Translations under genes and position numbers: made by a program
Part shown: piece after piece, positions 34,700 through 45,123 of the stretch
Position numbering within the stretch: the first letter of the stretch is position 1
How the letters are laid out: each line of letters opens with the position of its first letter
Notes under the pieces: generated by a model
Databases searched by the model: none
The model's input: the letters and a program-made list of their open reading frames with translations, nothing else
What the model was told of the DNA's origin: nothing
IMG/VR virus record: IMGVR_UViG_3300028591_000110
Coordinates: 1 to 64,000 of that record
Direction: 5' to 3' (one strand)
Source of the DNA: a virus
Taxonomy: Duplodnaviria > Caudoviricetes
Length of the DNA: 64,000 bases

Positions 34700-35851
34700 T
34701 TGAACAAGAATGCAAATGGATACTTTCCTATTTACGAAATTGCGGCAGAGTCCGCAGTCAATGGGCGGAGACATATCAAGGTGATTCTGCACGAGATTCA
34801 CGCAGATGAAACTCACTACCAGAAAAACGGCATCTCCTGGAACGAGGAGTATACAAGGGCAAATCTGCACACGGTTGAGGGAATGTCGATCGTGGCGGAG
34901 TTTGTAGACGATGAAAGAACCATGCCTTACGGGCATGGTCTTACTTCTATTCGGGACAATCTGCCTTTGTTTGAAGACGCAACGGTGGTCGGCCATTTCG
35001 ACAAGGCGTACATCGATGACGTTGAGCTTGGCGGTGAGAAAAAGCGTGTGCTTGTAGCGGAAGGCACGTTAGATGAGATGCGTTACCCGAATTTTGTACA
35101 GTGGATTCAAGAACAAAAAGAGAAACGAGCTGTAGAAGGGTCTGTAGAGATTGTCGGCAAAAAGGATCACGAAGGCGTGATTGTGTACAAGGACGGCTGG
35201 AAAGAGACCGGACGTGTGCCGATGCTCTATGACTACAGCGGATACGCAATCCTGAACGTCGCACCGGCAGACGCCGCTGCGGTTGTGATGGAGCTGAACA
35301 ACAAGCATGGAATGCCGAAGGAGGAAGAGTATATGGATGAGAAGCAATTGGAGGCTCTGAAAGAGGCTTTGACTCAGACCGTGACTGAGACCAATTCCAA
35401 AAATGCGGAATATGAGACTCAGATCGCAGAGCTGAACGCAAAGATCGAGCAGCTTCAGAACGATGTTGCTGCAAAGGACGCAGAGATCGCAGAGCTGAAC
35501 AGCGCTGTTGAGACGGCAAAGAACGAGTCCGCCGAGAAGGACAGCAAGATCAGCGAAGTCAATGCCGAGCTGGACAAGGTTCGGAATGAAAAGGCAATTA
35601 GCGAGCTGAACGCCGCGCTCGAAGGCTACACCGACGAGCAGAAGGCGATTGCCGCTGATGACATTAAGGCTTTCAACGAGAATCCGGGCAGCGTGGAGAT
35701 CAACAGCATTGTTGGCAAGATCTGCACCGAGATCGTGAAGAAGGCCAAGGAGGCCGCTGCTGGCGAACCCACTCAGGTGGACGTTTTTGGCATGGTCGAG
35801 ATCAACGAGGAAGAGCCCAAAGAGGGCGAAGACCCCGTTGAAGTATTTTGA
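34700..35851 (+). CDS. Prohead protease/scaffold fusion
   Basis: N-terminal protease-like domain (NGISW, GHG, GSVEI) plus acidic coiled coil with AELN repeats. Confidence 0.72.
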   Translation: MNKNANGYFPIYEIAAESAVNGRRHIKVILHEIHADETHYQKNGISWNEEYTRANLHTVEGMSIVAEFVDDERTMPYGHGLTSIRDNLPLFEDATVVGHFDKAYIDDVELGGEKKRVLVAEGTLDEMRYPNFVQWIQEQKEKRAVEGSVEIVGKKDHEGVIVYKDGWKETGRVPMLYDYSGYAILNVAPADAAAVVMELNNKHGMPKEEEYMDEKQLEALKEALTQTVTETNSKNAEYETQIAELNAKIEQLQNDVAAKDAEIAELNSAVETAKNESAEKDSKISEVNAELDKVRNEKAISELNAALEGYTDEQKAIAADDIKAFNENPGSVEINSIVGKICTEIVKKAKEAAAGEPTQVDVFGMVEINEEEPKEGEDPVEVF

Positions 35852-35860
35852 TAAGGGAGA

Positions 35861-36352
35861 GTGAAAAAGATGAAGGGTAAGACACTTGGATACATCAAGG
35901 GCGTACAGAACGTCCCTTACTGCAAGGCTGATGCTGACCTGAAGGTCGGTATGGGCGTCATTCTGGATCGCGTGAACAAGCTGGCAAAGCTGCCTGACAG
36001 CGCCGACGAGGCAAAGGCCTGCCACTACATCGTGAGCAACATCAACGACAAGCCGGAGCTTCACAACTTCAGCGAGACGCTGGATGTGAAGGAAGGCGAA
36101 TATGTCCGCGCAGACGATCTGACTTCCGTTGCAAACCTTGAGATGGAGTTTGCCGATTATGAAATCGACGACGATGTTGATGATCTCGCAGTCGGTGACG
36201 TTCTCGGCTTTGGCACTTCCGGTCTGCTTGAGAAGCTGGAGGCCGCTAAGGAAGGCGACGATCCCGCAGAGGGCTACAAGGTTTCCTTTGAGGTGATCCG
36301 CAAGACCGGCTACATGGGCAAGGGCGTTGACGTTCTCGTCCATGCGGACTAA
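35861..36352 (+). CDS. Head decoration/capsid-associated protein
   Basis: Position between scaffold and capsid genes. Confidence 0.55.
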   Translation: MKKMKGKTLGYIKGVQNVPYCKADADLKVGMGVILDRVNKLAKLPDSADEAKACHYIVSNINDKPELHNFSETLDVKEGEYVRADDLTSVANLEMEFADYEIDDDVDDLAVGDVLGFGTSGLLEKLEAAKEGDDPAEGYKVSFEVIRKTGYMGKGVDVLVHAD

Positions 36353-36379
36353 TGAGAGAAATAGAGGAGGGAGAAGAAG

Positions 36380-37486
36380 ATGAACAACATCTATGAAATC
36401 AACATGCTGAATGCTCAGCGTGACGTAGATACAGGTCGGGTAAAGCAGGAGTCTCCTGTTGTCGAGGTTTTCTCTGCCCTGACCTCCGGTGTTGCGCCCA
36501 AGGTGGACGCAAAGACCAAAGACGCCGCTGTCAAGACCCTAAAGGATCTTGGCGCCAAGGCGCACGAGGGCGACAAGGAAGCCCGCAGCGAGGTAAACTC
36601 TATCGTTCGCTTCGCGATTCAGCCCAAGCTGCTCAAGCAAATTGAGCTCTATCGTTTCCTCGGCAGCCACAAAAAGCTCGACTGGAACGAAGCTGCCTAC
36701 ATGAAGACCTACAACTACGAAAGCATTGACTCTCGCTTCCAGGCCAGCAGCGGCGACGTGCCGTTTGGCTTTGTGAATTGGCGCGAGTATCCCATTGCAA
36801 CCCAGACCATTTCCGGCGGCATTGCAGTGGACTACCGCGAGATTGCAACCGGCAACTTTGACGGCAATCTTGCAGAGGCTATGAATCAGGTCAAGATTGA
36901 CATGCAGAACAAGATCGGCTACTACACGATCAATACGCTCTACAATGCAATCAAGTATGCAAAGGGCGTCAAGCACTTCTCTGAGGCTGCCGGCGTGTCC
37001 AAGCTGGCGGTGGACGACATGCTGAAGGTTATGCGTCGTTACGGCAAGGTCAACATCTGCGGCGACTACTCTGTGGTTTCTCAGATCAATGAGTTTGAGG
37101 GCTTCAAGACGATTGGCGCTGTTACCATTCCGTTCGGCGACGCCACTGTTGCTGAGGAAATTCGCAAGACCGGCCTCGTGAACTGGTATAACGGAGCATT
37201 CGTGACCGAGCTTCAGAACCAGATCAACTTTACGAAGCTCAATGCAACCGGCGACGATTACGAGCTTTATATGCCGCAAGGTCTGCTGTTCTTCCTGCCG
37301 GAAGGCGCAGTATCCCCGGTGCAGAGCTTTGTGCGCGGAAACCTCACCACGATGAGCGGCGACGACATCGTGACCCGTCAGCACATGATCCGTCTCGACC
37401 TCGAATTTGGCGTCGGCGTCGCAGAGGGTATGGAGCATCAGATCGGCCTGATCTCCGACAGCAACTACGATCTTCCCACCGTTTAA
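36380..37486 (+). CDS. Major capsid protein
   Basis: 368 aa, strong RBS, biased codons, expected position, terminator downstream. Confidence 0.78.
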   Translation: MNNIYEINMLNAQRDVDTGRVKQESPVVEVFSALTSGVAPKVDAKTKDAAVKTLKDLGAKAHEGDKEARSEVNSIVRFAIQPKLLKQIELYRFLGSHKKLDWNEAAYMKTYNYESIDSRFQASSGDVPFGFVNWREYPIATQTISGGIAVDYREIATGNFDGNLAEAMNQVKIDMQNKIGYYTINTLYNAIKYAKGVKHFSEAAGVSKLAVDDMLKVMRRYGKVNICGDYSVVSQINEFEGFKTIGAVTIPFGDATVAEEIRKTGLVNWYNGAFVTELQNQINFTKLNATGDDYELYMPQGLLFFLPEGAVSPVQSFVRGNLTTMSGDDIVTRQHMIRLDLEFGVGVAEGMEHQIGLISDSNYDLPTV

Positions 37487-37507
37487 TCGGCGGGCTTTTT
37501 CTATTTC

Positions 37508-37536
37508 AGGGAGCGGATAACACCGCTCCCTAATTT
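37508..37536 (+). terminator. Hairpin/terminator after the capsid gene
   Basis: AGGGAGCGG/CCGCTCCCT stem. Confidence 0.65.
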
Positions 37537-37560
37537 CAACTAAAAGGAGTCTTTTATTTT

Positions 37561-38019
37561 ATGGCGAACAACAATGTGAAGCTGAACAATTTGTGTGCAT
37601 GGCCTCTGTACTTCAACCGCGCAAGCGGCATGGGTTCCGTAAAGGTTCCTGCGAGTGCGAAGGGATATTCTATGCTGGATTTTGACGAGGTTCGGGCGCA
37701 GATTCAGCTTAACAACAAGTTTTTTGTTGGTGAGGACGGCATGGGCAACCATGCGCGGCTGCAGATTGTGGACGAAAAACAGCGCAATGAGCTGTTTGGA
37801 CTGGCAGAGGATGAGGTGGACGAGCCTGTGCTGCTTAATGACGAGAGCATCCGCGCACTGCTGGCGATCAAGTCCAAAGCCAAGTTTAACGACAAGCTGA
37901 ACAGTCTCGTGAAGACGAGCGCCGAGAAGAAAATGCTGGTACAGCTCGCATTTGCTGCCGGCGCGGAAGAGTGCGAAGCGTGGAAGGTTGACGCTCTTCG
38001 AGCAATGGCGGACGCCTGA
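37561..38019 (+). CDS. Hypothetical virion-region protein
   Basis: AAAAGGAG RBS, synteny. Confidence 0.7.
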   Translation: MANNNVKLNNLCAWPLYFNRASGMGSVKVPASAKGYSMLDFDEVRAQIQLNNKFFVGEDGMGNHARLQIVDEKQRNELFGLAEDEVDEPVLLNDESIRALLAIKSKAKFNDKLNSLVKTSAEKKMLVQLAFAAGAEECEAWKVDALRAMADA

Positions 38020-38043
38020 TAAATGATAAAGGAGGCGTGGTAA

Positions 38044-38436
38044 ATGGCTACGCAATTTCAGGAAATTCAGACCCGATTCCATTCCATGCCCCGAACAAAA
38101 TATGAAATTCCGGAGGCGCTGGAGGCGGAGTGGCTGAAAACCGCTGTTGCAGATTATGAGCTCAGCATTGGGTGCAATTTGGATTATGACGAGGACAATC
38201 AGGCGTTTTATGACACGCTTGATAATCAGGTCATCAGAACGCTTGCGCAAATGATGTATGTTTCCTATCTGCAAAGAGAGCTGAGCAGGGTAATGGCCTT
38301 GAATGGGATCTACGGAAAGGACATTCAGATTACCGGGCAGGACGCCACCAAGCGCGTGACAAAACAGGAGCTGGACACTCAGATCGGTCTTGTGGAAACG
38401 CTGCTGCACAGACAGAAAAAGCACGCCTTTGAGTGA
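38044..38436 (+). CDS. Putative head-tail adaptor
   Basis: Size and position. Confidence 0.55.
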   Translation: MATQFQEIQTRFHSMPRTKYEIPEALEAEWLKTAVADYELSIGCNLDYDEDNQAFYDTLDNQVIRTLAQMMYVSYLQRELSRVMALNGIYGKDIQITGQDATKRVTKQELDTQIGLVETLLHRQKKHAFE

Positions 38437-38447
38437 GGTGATACCAG

Positions 38448-39494
38448 ATGTCGGAAGAATCTAAACAGTGGTATCTCATGGACAGGCCGCTTTTTAACAG
38501 CGGGGATGAGAGCGAGGAGTTTTACCGCTTTGCGCAGGATGGATTTCAGGAGGTCTTGGAGTCTTTCATCGCAAAGACGGTTCGCGTTTATGACAAGACG
38601 ATCCATAAAAAGCCAACCGAGATCCGCGCGATCATCCAGAATGTGACCGCTGACACGCACAGCGGAACTTACACCCGGCAGATTTTGTGCGAAATCGGGA
38701 ATCTGCATTGCGGTCAGTACATCGAGTGCGACGGCGTGATGTGGATGGTTGCGTCCATGCCGGACAACAACCAAGTCTACGAGAAGGCTGTGCTTTGGAA
38801 GTGCAAGCAGAGTATCCGGTTTATCTCTCCGCTGACGGGCGAAATGGTGGAGTATCCGGTTTACAGCATCAACAGCACGCAGTACGGCACGGGCGAGAGC
38901 ACGCGGCAGTATATCACAGTCGGAGACGCGCAGCATCTGATTTACATTCCGTACAACGAAGAAACCATCCTCATGGATGACAGAGCGCGGTTTTTGATCG
39001 ACCGCAACCCGGAGCGCGTGACGGCTTTCCGCATTACGCAGGTAGACACGATGTCTTATGCCGTCGGCGACGAGTTTGCTGACGATGGTTTACTGCAATG
39101 GACTGTGATCGAGACGCAGTACAACGCCGAGACAGACGACATGGAGCTGGAAATCGCGGATCTTCACAAGAAGGACGAGCCCGGTTCTGTCGCCGTTGAT
39201 ACGGACGGGAAGACCATCATTCTTCAGGATCAGGACGGAGACAGAATGATTGCGATCGGCGAATCCAAGACGATTCATGTGTCGGTCGGATGGAATGTGC
39301 AGGACGGCGACGCGCCTGCGATTGAAGCAGAAATGACAGACGGTGCGCAATATGTGCAGATCGAAGCGGTTGACGGTACGGATGTTACCATTCGCGCTGC
39401 AGATGATTTTTCTGCCGTTGGAAAAACCGCGAGAATTGCGGTGAGAGCCGGCGGCGCGGAGGCGCATATGACGCTGAAAATTGTCGGATGGTAA
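38448..39494 (+). CDS. Putative head-closure/neck protein with C-terminal Ig-like domain
   Basis: Position and beta-rich C-terminus. Confidence 0.5.
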   Translation: MSEESKQWYLMDRPLFNSGDESEEFYRFAQDGFQEVLESFIAKTVRVYDKTIHKKPTEIRAIIQNVTADTHSGTYTRQILCEIGNLHCGQYIECDGVMWMVASMPDNNQVYEKAVLWKCKQSIRFISPLTGEMVEYPVYSINSTQYGTGESTRQYITVGDAQHLIYIPYNEETILMDDRARFLIDRNPERVTAFRITQVDTMSYAVGDEFADDGLLQWTVIETQYNAETDDMELEIADLHKKDEPGSVAVDTDGKTIILQDQDGDRMIAIGESKTIHVSVGWNVQDGDAPAIEAEMTDGAQYVQIEAVDGTDVTIRAADDFSAVGKTARIAVRAGGAEAHMTLKIVGW

Positions 39495-39506
39495 GGAGGG
39501 GATGAT

Positions 39507-40004
39507 TTGACACATTTTCTTTCGATGACGCACGAGAAGCAAAAGCTTCGCAGAGCGCTTTTGAATAACCAAAAGGTTGTAAATCTCCTCGTAAACACCG
39601 GCGACAATGAAGAGAGCTTTTCCAACGTCCCGATCGGCAGCAAGAGTCCGGCGTCAGAGCTTGTCAAGGCGCACTTCTATGTTCCAGGCACAGAACAGGA
39701 GGGGCGCAATTATATCACGATGCGCAATCGCGTTGTGTACTCTGCGTCCACTCACATTAAACAAGTGCAGCTTGTTGTATATATCATCTGCAATGAAGAT
39801 CAGATTGACATGCTGCAGGGATCTCGTGCAGATCTGATCGCAGACGAGCTAGATCAAATTTTGAATAACTTCCAAGATCCCCTGTTTGGGCTTGGAGGCA
39901 TTGATATATCCAGCGCAGAAGAGGTTCAGTTTAACAACGGGTACTCAGGCTGGGAGATCGCATACGCGACATTTGAGCGAAACCGGAGGCCGGAGATTTC
40001 ATGA
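39507..40004 (+). CDS. Putative tail terminator
   Basis: Position and R.DLIADELD motif. Confidence 0.5.
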   Translation: MTHFLSMTHEKQKLRRALLNNQKVVNLLVNTGDNEESFSNVPIGSKSPASELVKAHFYVPGTEQEGRNYITMRNRVVYSASTHIKQVQLVVYIICNEDQIDMLQGSRADLIADELDQILNNFQDPLFGLGGIDISSAEEVQFNNGYSGWEIAYATFERNRRPEIS

Positions 40005-40714
40005 CTGATACCCTGAAGGCGTTTCGAGGAGCGCCGTATCAAATCAGCGAAGGCGTGGTTGTGCATCAGCCGACGCTGGATCAGATTGCGGAATATGGCG
40101 AGCAGAAGTATTTCAATTTGATCTACTTTTTGTGCGCAACACCTGCGGACAGAAAAGTGGAGCTTTGGGATACTCTTCATATTTTTTGGGAGGAAATGGA
40201 CGAGTATCAATTGTTTGTTTCATCTCTTGGCGCTTTTACGCAAGACGATACAAAGATTATTCTTCCGGATTTGGATCTCGCATCCTTCTCTATTTACATC
40301 GCTCCGGACAGCGGAGATATCATTCTGCGGAATAAAGAGGGGGTTACGCTGGATCGAAAAGGTTATCTGGATCTCACAGACTATCTGCGAAGCGTTCATC
40401 TGATGACGAAGAACGTAGACATCGGAGCGGACAACACCACTCGAAAAGTGATGATTGATGTGTCTCGCTCTGACCAGGAGGCGGCGGCGAGGAAGCAGTA
40501 TGAATCTGTCATTATCCCGTTTGCTTCCGTTATGATGATGCAACAGCCGTTGAATCAGATTTTTGAGCTGCCTATCGGAGCATTTATGCACGGAATGGGC
40601 AGGGCATTGAAGGTCAAGGACTATGACCACATGATGCAGGGAATCTACAGTGGCTGCATTGATATTAAGAAAATAAATAAAAAGGATCTGAACTGGTTAG
40701 GGAAGCTGAAATAA
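40001..40714 (+). CDS. Tail-region hypothetical protein
   Basis: HQPTL..I ... GIYSGCID..KI...LNW pattern. GGAG RBS. Confidence 0.65.
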   Translation: MTDTLKAFRGAPYQISEGVVVHQPTLDQIAEYGEQKYFNLIYFLCATPADRKVELWDTLHIFWEEMDEYQLFVSSLGAFTQDDTKIILPDLDLASFSIYIAPDSGDIILRNKEGVTLDRKGYLDLTDYLRSVHLMTKNVDIGADNTTRKVMIDVSRSDQEAAARKQYESVIIPFASVMMMQQPLNQIFELPIGAFMHGMGRALKVKDYDHMMQGIYSGCIDIKKINKKDLNWLGKLK

Positions 40715-40755
40715 GCTTCTCTTTTTGTTTGGAGAAAGAAAGGAATGAAAGCAAT

Positions 40756-41562
40756 ATGAAGCAAGTTGATTATCTGATTGACCGTGCGTTGAGCCTGAGC
40801 CGAATCGATTTGACTTCCGGTGATCTGACGTGGGTTGCAAAGAATATCGAAAACCCTCAGCTTGAGTTCACCGGAGAGACCACGGAGAAGAGAGACGCAC
40901 AGGGCACTCTGATTGCGCAGTTCGACACCGCGAAGGGCGCTACGCTGTCCGGCGAGCTGTCTCTGCTCAATATGATGGTGCTGGCCTCTCAGCTCGGTAC
41001 TGAGGTACAGTTTGGCGCTCAGAATGCCGCTATCGAGGTTGACTATGTTGACGAGATGGTCGCAGAAAAGGGTGAGAACGAGACTCAGTTTAAGTGCAAG
41101 ACCAAGTATAAGCCCAAGACTTCTCCTACCGCTATCTATGCACTGAATGCGGACGGCAGCATGGGAACCAAGTACACGATCGCCACCGGCGAGAATGTTG
41201 CTACTTACGCAGCGGGAACCGGAGACGACGCCGGCATCGGCATCATCACGCTCCCCGCTTCGGTTACTACCGGCGGCAAGTTTGTCGTGGCGTATAAGTA
41301 TGACAGCGAAACGGCTGTTATGGTCGAAGACAACGCTGAGGAGTTCGCGGTTCCTGCAAAGTACGTCCTGAAGATTCTGGGCGCAGACGTTTGCAACCCC
41401 GCTCTCAAGCGTTCCGGCGCAATCGTCTTCCCGAAGGCAAAGCTGGACAACAACTTCAGCCTGAACCTGACCACGGACGGCACGCATCCGTTCAGCCTGA
41501 CTGCTCTGAAGGATTACTGCGACGAAGCCGGCAAACTGTGCTACGTCGTCTGGGATGAATAA
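40756..41562 (+). CDS. Major tail tube protein
   Basis: Highly biased codons, beta-rich sequence, expected position. Confidence 0.68.
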   Translation: MKQVDYLIDRALSLSRIDLTSGDLTWVAKNIENPQLEFTGETTEKRDAQGTLIAQFDTAKGATLSGELSLLNMMVLASQLGTEVQFGAQNAAIEVDYVDEMVAEKGENETQFKCKTKYKPKTSPTAIYALNADGSMGTKYTIATGENVATYAAGTGDDAGIGIITLPASVTTGGKFVVAYKYDSETAVMVEDNAEEFAVPAKYVLKILGADVCNPALKRSGAIVFPKAKLDNNFSLNLTTDGTHPFSLTALKDYCDEAGKLCYVVWDE

Positions 41563-41567
41563 TCTCT

Positions 41568-41945
41568 GTGAGTGATCAGAAAAAAATGCTTCGCTGCAAG
41601 GTGTGTGGCGCTGAATATGAAAGCTGCTATTCCTGTGAAAAGGATCGCGGCTGGCGCATGCACACCGACACGGCAGAGCATTATCAAATTCTTTGCGCCC
41701 TGATGGAGTATCAAACCTACAAGGATGCAAAGAGCGCGTATCGTGCGCTGAGAAAACTCGGCGTCGATATGCAAAATACAGACGGGTACGTTGAAAGCGT
41801 ATCCGGATTGCTCCGCGAAATTGCCGGAGTACGGCGTGAAAACAGTAACGTCGAAGGCGGCAGCGACGCTGAGCCTGAAAAGGCTCAGCGCAAAGCTGCT
41901 GGAAAGCGTGCAGAGGCATTTGCCAAGAGCAGAAAGGATAACTGA
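41568..41945 (+). CDS. Zn-finger hypothetical protein
   Basis: CKVCG..Y..CYSC...WR. Confidence 0.65.
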   Translation: MSDQKKMLRCKVCGAEYESCYSCEKDRGWRMHTDTAEHYQILCALMEYQTYKDAKSAYRALRKLGVDMQNTDGYVESVSGLLREIAGVRRENSNVEGGSDAEPEKAQRKAAGKRAEAFAKSRKDN

Positions 41946-41946
41946 T

Positions 41947-41973
41947 AAGGAGGGCTGAACGCCCTCCTTTTTT
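41947..41973 (+). terminator. Intrinsic terminator
   Basis: AAGGAGGGC/GCCCTCCTT plus a T-run. Confidence 0.8.
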
Positions 41974-41990
41974 CAGTCGTGTGAAAAACT

Positions 41991-42524
41991 ATGAAAATTA
42001 TATCTGTTGACCAGGCGAGACATGGCGCGTGGGCGCTGTTTGACTATGAGTCAAAGACGCTGCTGGATCACGGCACATTTGATTTTGACAACAGAAACTA
42101 CCGCTTTGAGGAGGCGGTTATGAAGATCGAGGCTTTGATCGATGAGGTGATAAACATCCACGGGGCTGACGCGGTTTTCTTTGAGGATATTCAGCTTCGG
42201 AGAAATCCGAGCTCTTTCAAAAAGCTGGCGCAGTTACAGGGTGTACTCGTGAATCTTTGCGAGAAGAACGAATACCTATATGGGTTAATCTCCCCATCAC
42301 AATGGCAGGAATACTGCAAGGCGAGAGGCAGGACTGCCAAGGAGCAGGACAGCGGCGCGAAGGAAGTGACTACAAAATCCGGAAAGCCCGCATCAAAAGT
42401 GCTGTCGATTCAATATGTAAAGGAGCACTTTGGAATCGACACGGAGAACGACAACCTGGCAGACGCGATCTGCATGGGATATTACGCAGCGAATAATATT
42501 CGCATCAGAAAAACCAATACATAA
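41991..42524 (+). CDS. RuvC-like Holliday junction resolvase
   Basis: ISVDQ, FEDIQ, PSQW and DNLADAI acidic tetrad. Confidence 0.85.
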   Translation: MKIISVDQARHGAWALFDYESKTLLDHGTFDFDNRNYRFEEAVMKIEALIDEVINIHGADAVFFEDIQLRRNPSSFKKLAQLQGVLVNLCEKNEYLYGLISPSQWQEYCKARGRTAKEQDSGAKEVTTKSGKPASKVLSIQYVKEHFGIDTENDNLADAICMGYYAANNIRIRKTNT

Positions 42525-42541
42525 GAGAATGGAGAACCGCA

Positions 42542-43192
42542 ATGATGAAAACACCGAAAAAGGGCGAATTTGACTTCTTTGATATTGAACTTGTTGGCAT
42601 GGGAGATCTTGCGAATTTGAAGCTTCCAGATCCTGCATTGCTTGCATATTATCAGAATCTTGATCAGCGGACAATCTACTGGAACTGCACCGTGGACGAA
42701 ACGATCACGGAGATCGGAAATTATATCAGAAAGTGGAACGCAGAAGATACCGGAGTCCCGGTTGAACAGCGGATGCCGATTCGGATCTTTATCAATACGG
42801 ATGGCGGAGATCTGATTTCGACGATGTATGTAGTGGACGTGATCAAGGCGTCGAAGACCCCGGTTTATACCATCGGCATGGGCAAGACGTACAGCGCCGG
42901 CGGTCTGCTGCTGATGGCCGGACACAAGCGATTTATTTTCGAGAACACCTCCTGCCTGATTCATGACGGACAGACCGGAGCCTATGGCAGCACAGGAAAG
43001 GTACTGGACAACGCGAAGTTTACAGAGGAGATGGAGGCGCGGCAAAAAAAATACATCCTCGGTCAGACAAAAATTACGCCGGAGCAGTACGATCAGCAGT
43101 ATCGGCGCGACTGGTTTATGTTCGCGGAGGATATGGTGAAATACGGCATTGCAGATAAGATTATCCACGATCTCAGTGAAATCGAGATTTGA
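42542..43192 (+). CDS. clpP: ClpP-family serine protease
   Basis: INTDGGD, YSAG (Ser), LIHDG (His), RDWF (Asp) and YGIADKI. Confidence 0.85.
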   Translation: MMKTPKKGEFDFFDIELVGMGDLANLKLPDPALLAYYQNLDQRTIYWNCTVDETITEIGNYIRKWNAEDTGVPVEQRMPIRIFINTDGGDLISTMYVVDVIKASKTPVYTIGMGKTYSAGGLLLMAGHKRFIFENTSCLIHDGQTGAYGSTGKVLDNAKFTEEMEARQKKYILGQTKITPEQYDQQYRRDWFMFAEDMVKYGIADKIIHDLSEIEI

Positions 43193-43200
43193 GGTATGCC

Positions 43201-43938
43201 ATGGCAAAGAAGAAGACGGTGGATTTTAAGGATGAGATGCCGTCCACTTTGGACGATCATCCGTTTTATGGCTTGGAACTGGACGAGTATCAGAAGGCGT
43301 TTCGAGACGCGATCTGGAATGAGAATAAAAGAATTGTCTTTTGCAACGCAAAGGCCGGAACCGGAAAAACGCTGATTGCGACGGCAACAGCAAATCTGCT
43401 TTGCAGATATGAGGCTTATGACGGAATTGTGTATATCGCCTCTCCGACGCAGGAGCAAAAGCAAGGGTACTTGAAGGGGACGATTGAAGAAAAGTCGGAG
43501 CCCTATTTTGAGCCATTTTATCAGGCGCTCAGAAAAATCGGTGTGAATATGAACACGGCATTCTATGATAAGCCGGAGAATGAAAAGTACGCAATGGCAT
43601 ATATCGAATGCGTAACACACACGTTTTTGCGAGGCGTCAATTTTGAGAACAAGGTTATTATCATTGACGAGGCGCAGAACTTCTATTTCGACGAGCTGAA
43701 AAAAGTTTTGACCCGCATCCACGACAACTGCAAGGTAATCGTGATCGGTCATGACGGACAGAATGACTTGCTTGTAAACACGGAGAGATCCGGGTTTATC
43801 CCTTATTGCAAGTGGTTTGAGCCGAACGAGGAAGTGGTTGCGGTCTGCAAACTGGAAAAGAATTACAGAGGCTGGATCAGTCAGATGGCGGACAACCTGA
43901 CGCCGGAAGTGGCGAAGCATCTTAGAAAGGATTTGTAA
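43201..43938 (+). CDS. phoH: PhoH-family ATPase
   Basis: AGTGKT, FLRGVNF, IIDEAQN, LTR and GHDGQND. Confidence 0.9.
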   Translation: MAKKKTVDFKDEMPSTLDDHPFYGLELDEYQKAFRDAIWNENKRIVFCNAKAGTGKTLIATATANLLCRYEAYDGIVYIASPTQEQKQGYLKGTIEEKSEPYFEPFYQALRKIGVNMNTAFYDKPENEKYAMAYIECVTHTFLRGVNFENKVIIIDEAQNFYFDELKKVLTRIHDNCKVIVIGHDGQNDLLVNTERSGFIPYCKWFEPNEEVVAVCKLEKNYRGWISQMADNLTPEVAKHLRKDL

Positions 43939-43940
43939 GA

Positions 43941-44594
43941 ATGAAGAAAATCGCTGTAGGTACAATCAAAAACTACATGAAGGAACAGCGTGAAAAGGAT
44001 ACGAAGCGGTTTACCGCAAACTATAAGATCGGTGATTCTGCGTTCGAGGTAGAGTTTCGATATGATCTGAGTGTGGACGAACGGGATCAGTTTATCCGCC
44101 GTGTGGTACAGGGCAGCTTTGATGGTCTCGGTCAGTATCATCAGGCGTTTTTTGTTGCGATGCGAAACGCGACTCTGCTGCAGATGTGCAGCAACGTGCC
44201 GGCGCTTGCCGTGAGCGGAGAGCGTGCGGACGACGGCAGCGCACTTCTGGACGTAAACGCAATGGACGAGTTGTGCCGGATGCTGATGGACAACAAGGCT
44301 GTGCTCGAAAACGCAGAATTTCAGGCGTTTGTAAATGACATCTATCAGGATTGCTTCGGCGCAATGCTGGATCGCAAGGAAGAGCTTGAGCGCATCAACT
44401 CCGCGTCCTATGCGGTGCGGGATCTTGTGTTCACCTTGAAAGATCTGATTGAGCGGATCGGCAACATGGTCGGCGACGTGAATCCGGAGGAACTGATGAA
44501 GTACGCCGGAGCGCTGGCACAGAACACGGAGGGGCTGAATCGTGACGAGCTTGCGGACAAGGTGATTCAGCTTCATCAGGAAAACGATCAGTAA
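43941..44594 (+). CDS. Hypothetical protein (possible tail assembly chaperone)
   Basis: Position upstream of the tape measure gene. Confidence 0.55.
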   Translation: MKKIAVGTIKNYMKEQREKDTKRFTANYKIGDSAFEVEFRYDLSVDERDQFIRRVVQGSFDGLGQYHQAFFVAMRNATLLQMCSNVPALAVSGERADDGSALLDVNAMDELCRMLMDNKAVLENAEFQAFVNDIYQDCFGAMLDRKEELERINSASYAVRDLVFTLKDLIERIGNMVGDVNPEELMKYAGALAQNTEGLNRDELADKVIQLHQENDQ

Positions 44595-44610
44595 AAAAGG
44601 AGATGACGGG

Positions 44611-45102
44611 ATGACGATTGCAGAGGCATTAAAACAGGCCAATGAAAAATTGAAGCCGAAGATCGACAACGCTCTTACCAAAGAGGTATTCGAAGCGGTG
44701 AGAGAGACGGAAGCTGCTGTCATCCCGGACGTGGTGTATGGGGCGTATCAGCCGATAATTTATCAACGAAGAGGCCAATATGAAGGTCTCGGCGATCCAT
44801 ACAACATTGAGATTGCTGGCGGCGCTGCGACGGGCGGAGTTCTGACCGTGGTAAACACGACTGAGCCGAATCCCGGCGGCGTGATGGACAGGGGCAGAGT
44901 GACCACGGACAAGAACCTGCCGCTATTGGTGGAAAAGGGTCATGGCGCCGGCGGCGCTTATGACTTCCCAAGAAGAGGACGCGGCTATATGAAGCCGCGT
45001 CCATTTACTGAAAAGACAATTGAAGCCCTGATGGTCAGCAATGAGCATGTGGAAGCGCTCAAAGCAGGCTTGAGACGACAGGGCGTGAAAATCATCAAAT
45101 AA
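44611..45102 (+). CDS. HK97-gp10-like tail completion protein
   Basis: VY..Y.P..Y.RR and PRPF motif just before the tape measure gene. Confidence 0.6.
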   Translation: MTIAEALKQANEKLKPKIDNALTKEVFEAVRETEAAVIPDVVYGAYQPIIYQRRGQYEGLGDPYNIEIAGGAATGGVLTVVNTTEPNPGGVMDRGRVTTDKNLPLLVEKGHGAGGAYDFPRRGRGYMKPRPFTEKTIEALMVSNEHVEALKAGLRRQGVKIIK

Positions 45103-45123
45103 CAGAGAAAACAAGGTGGTGAG

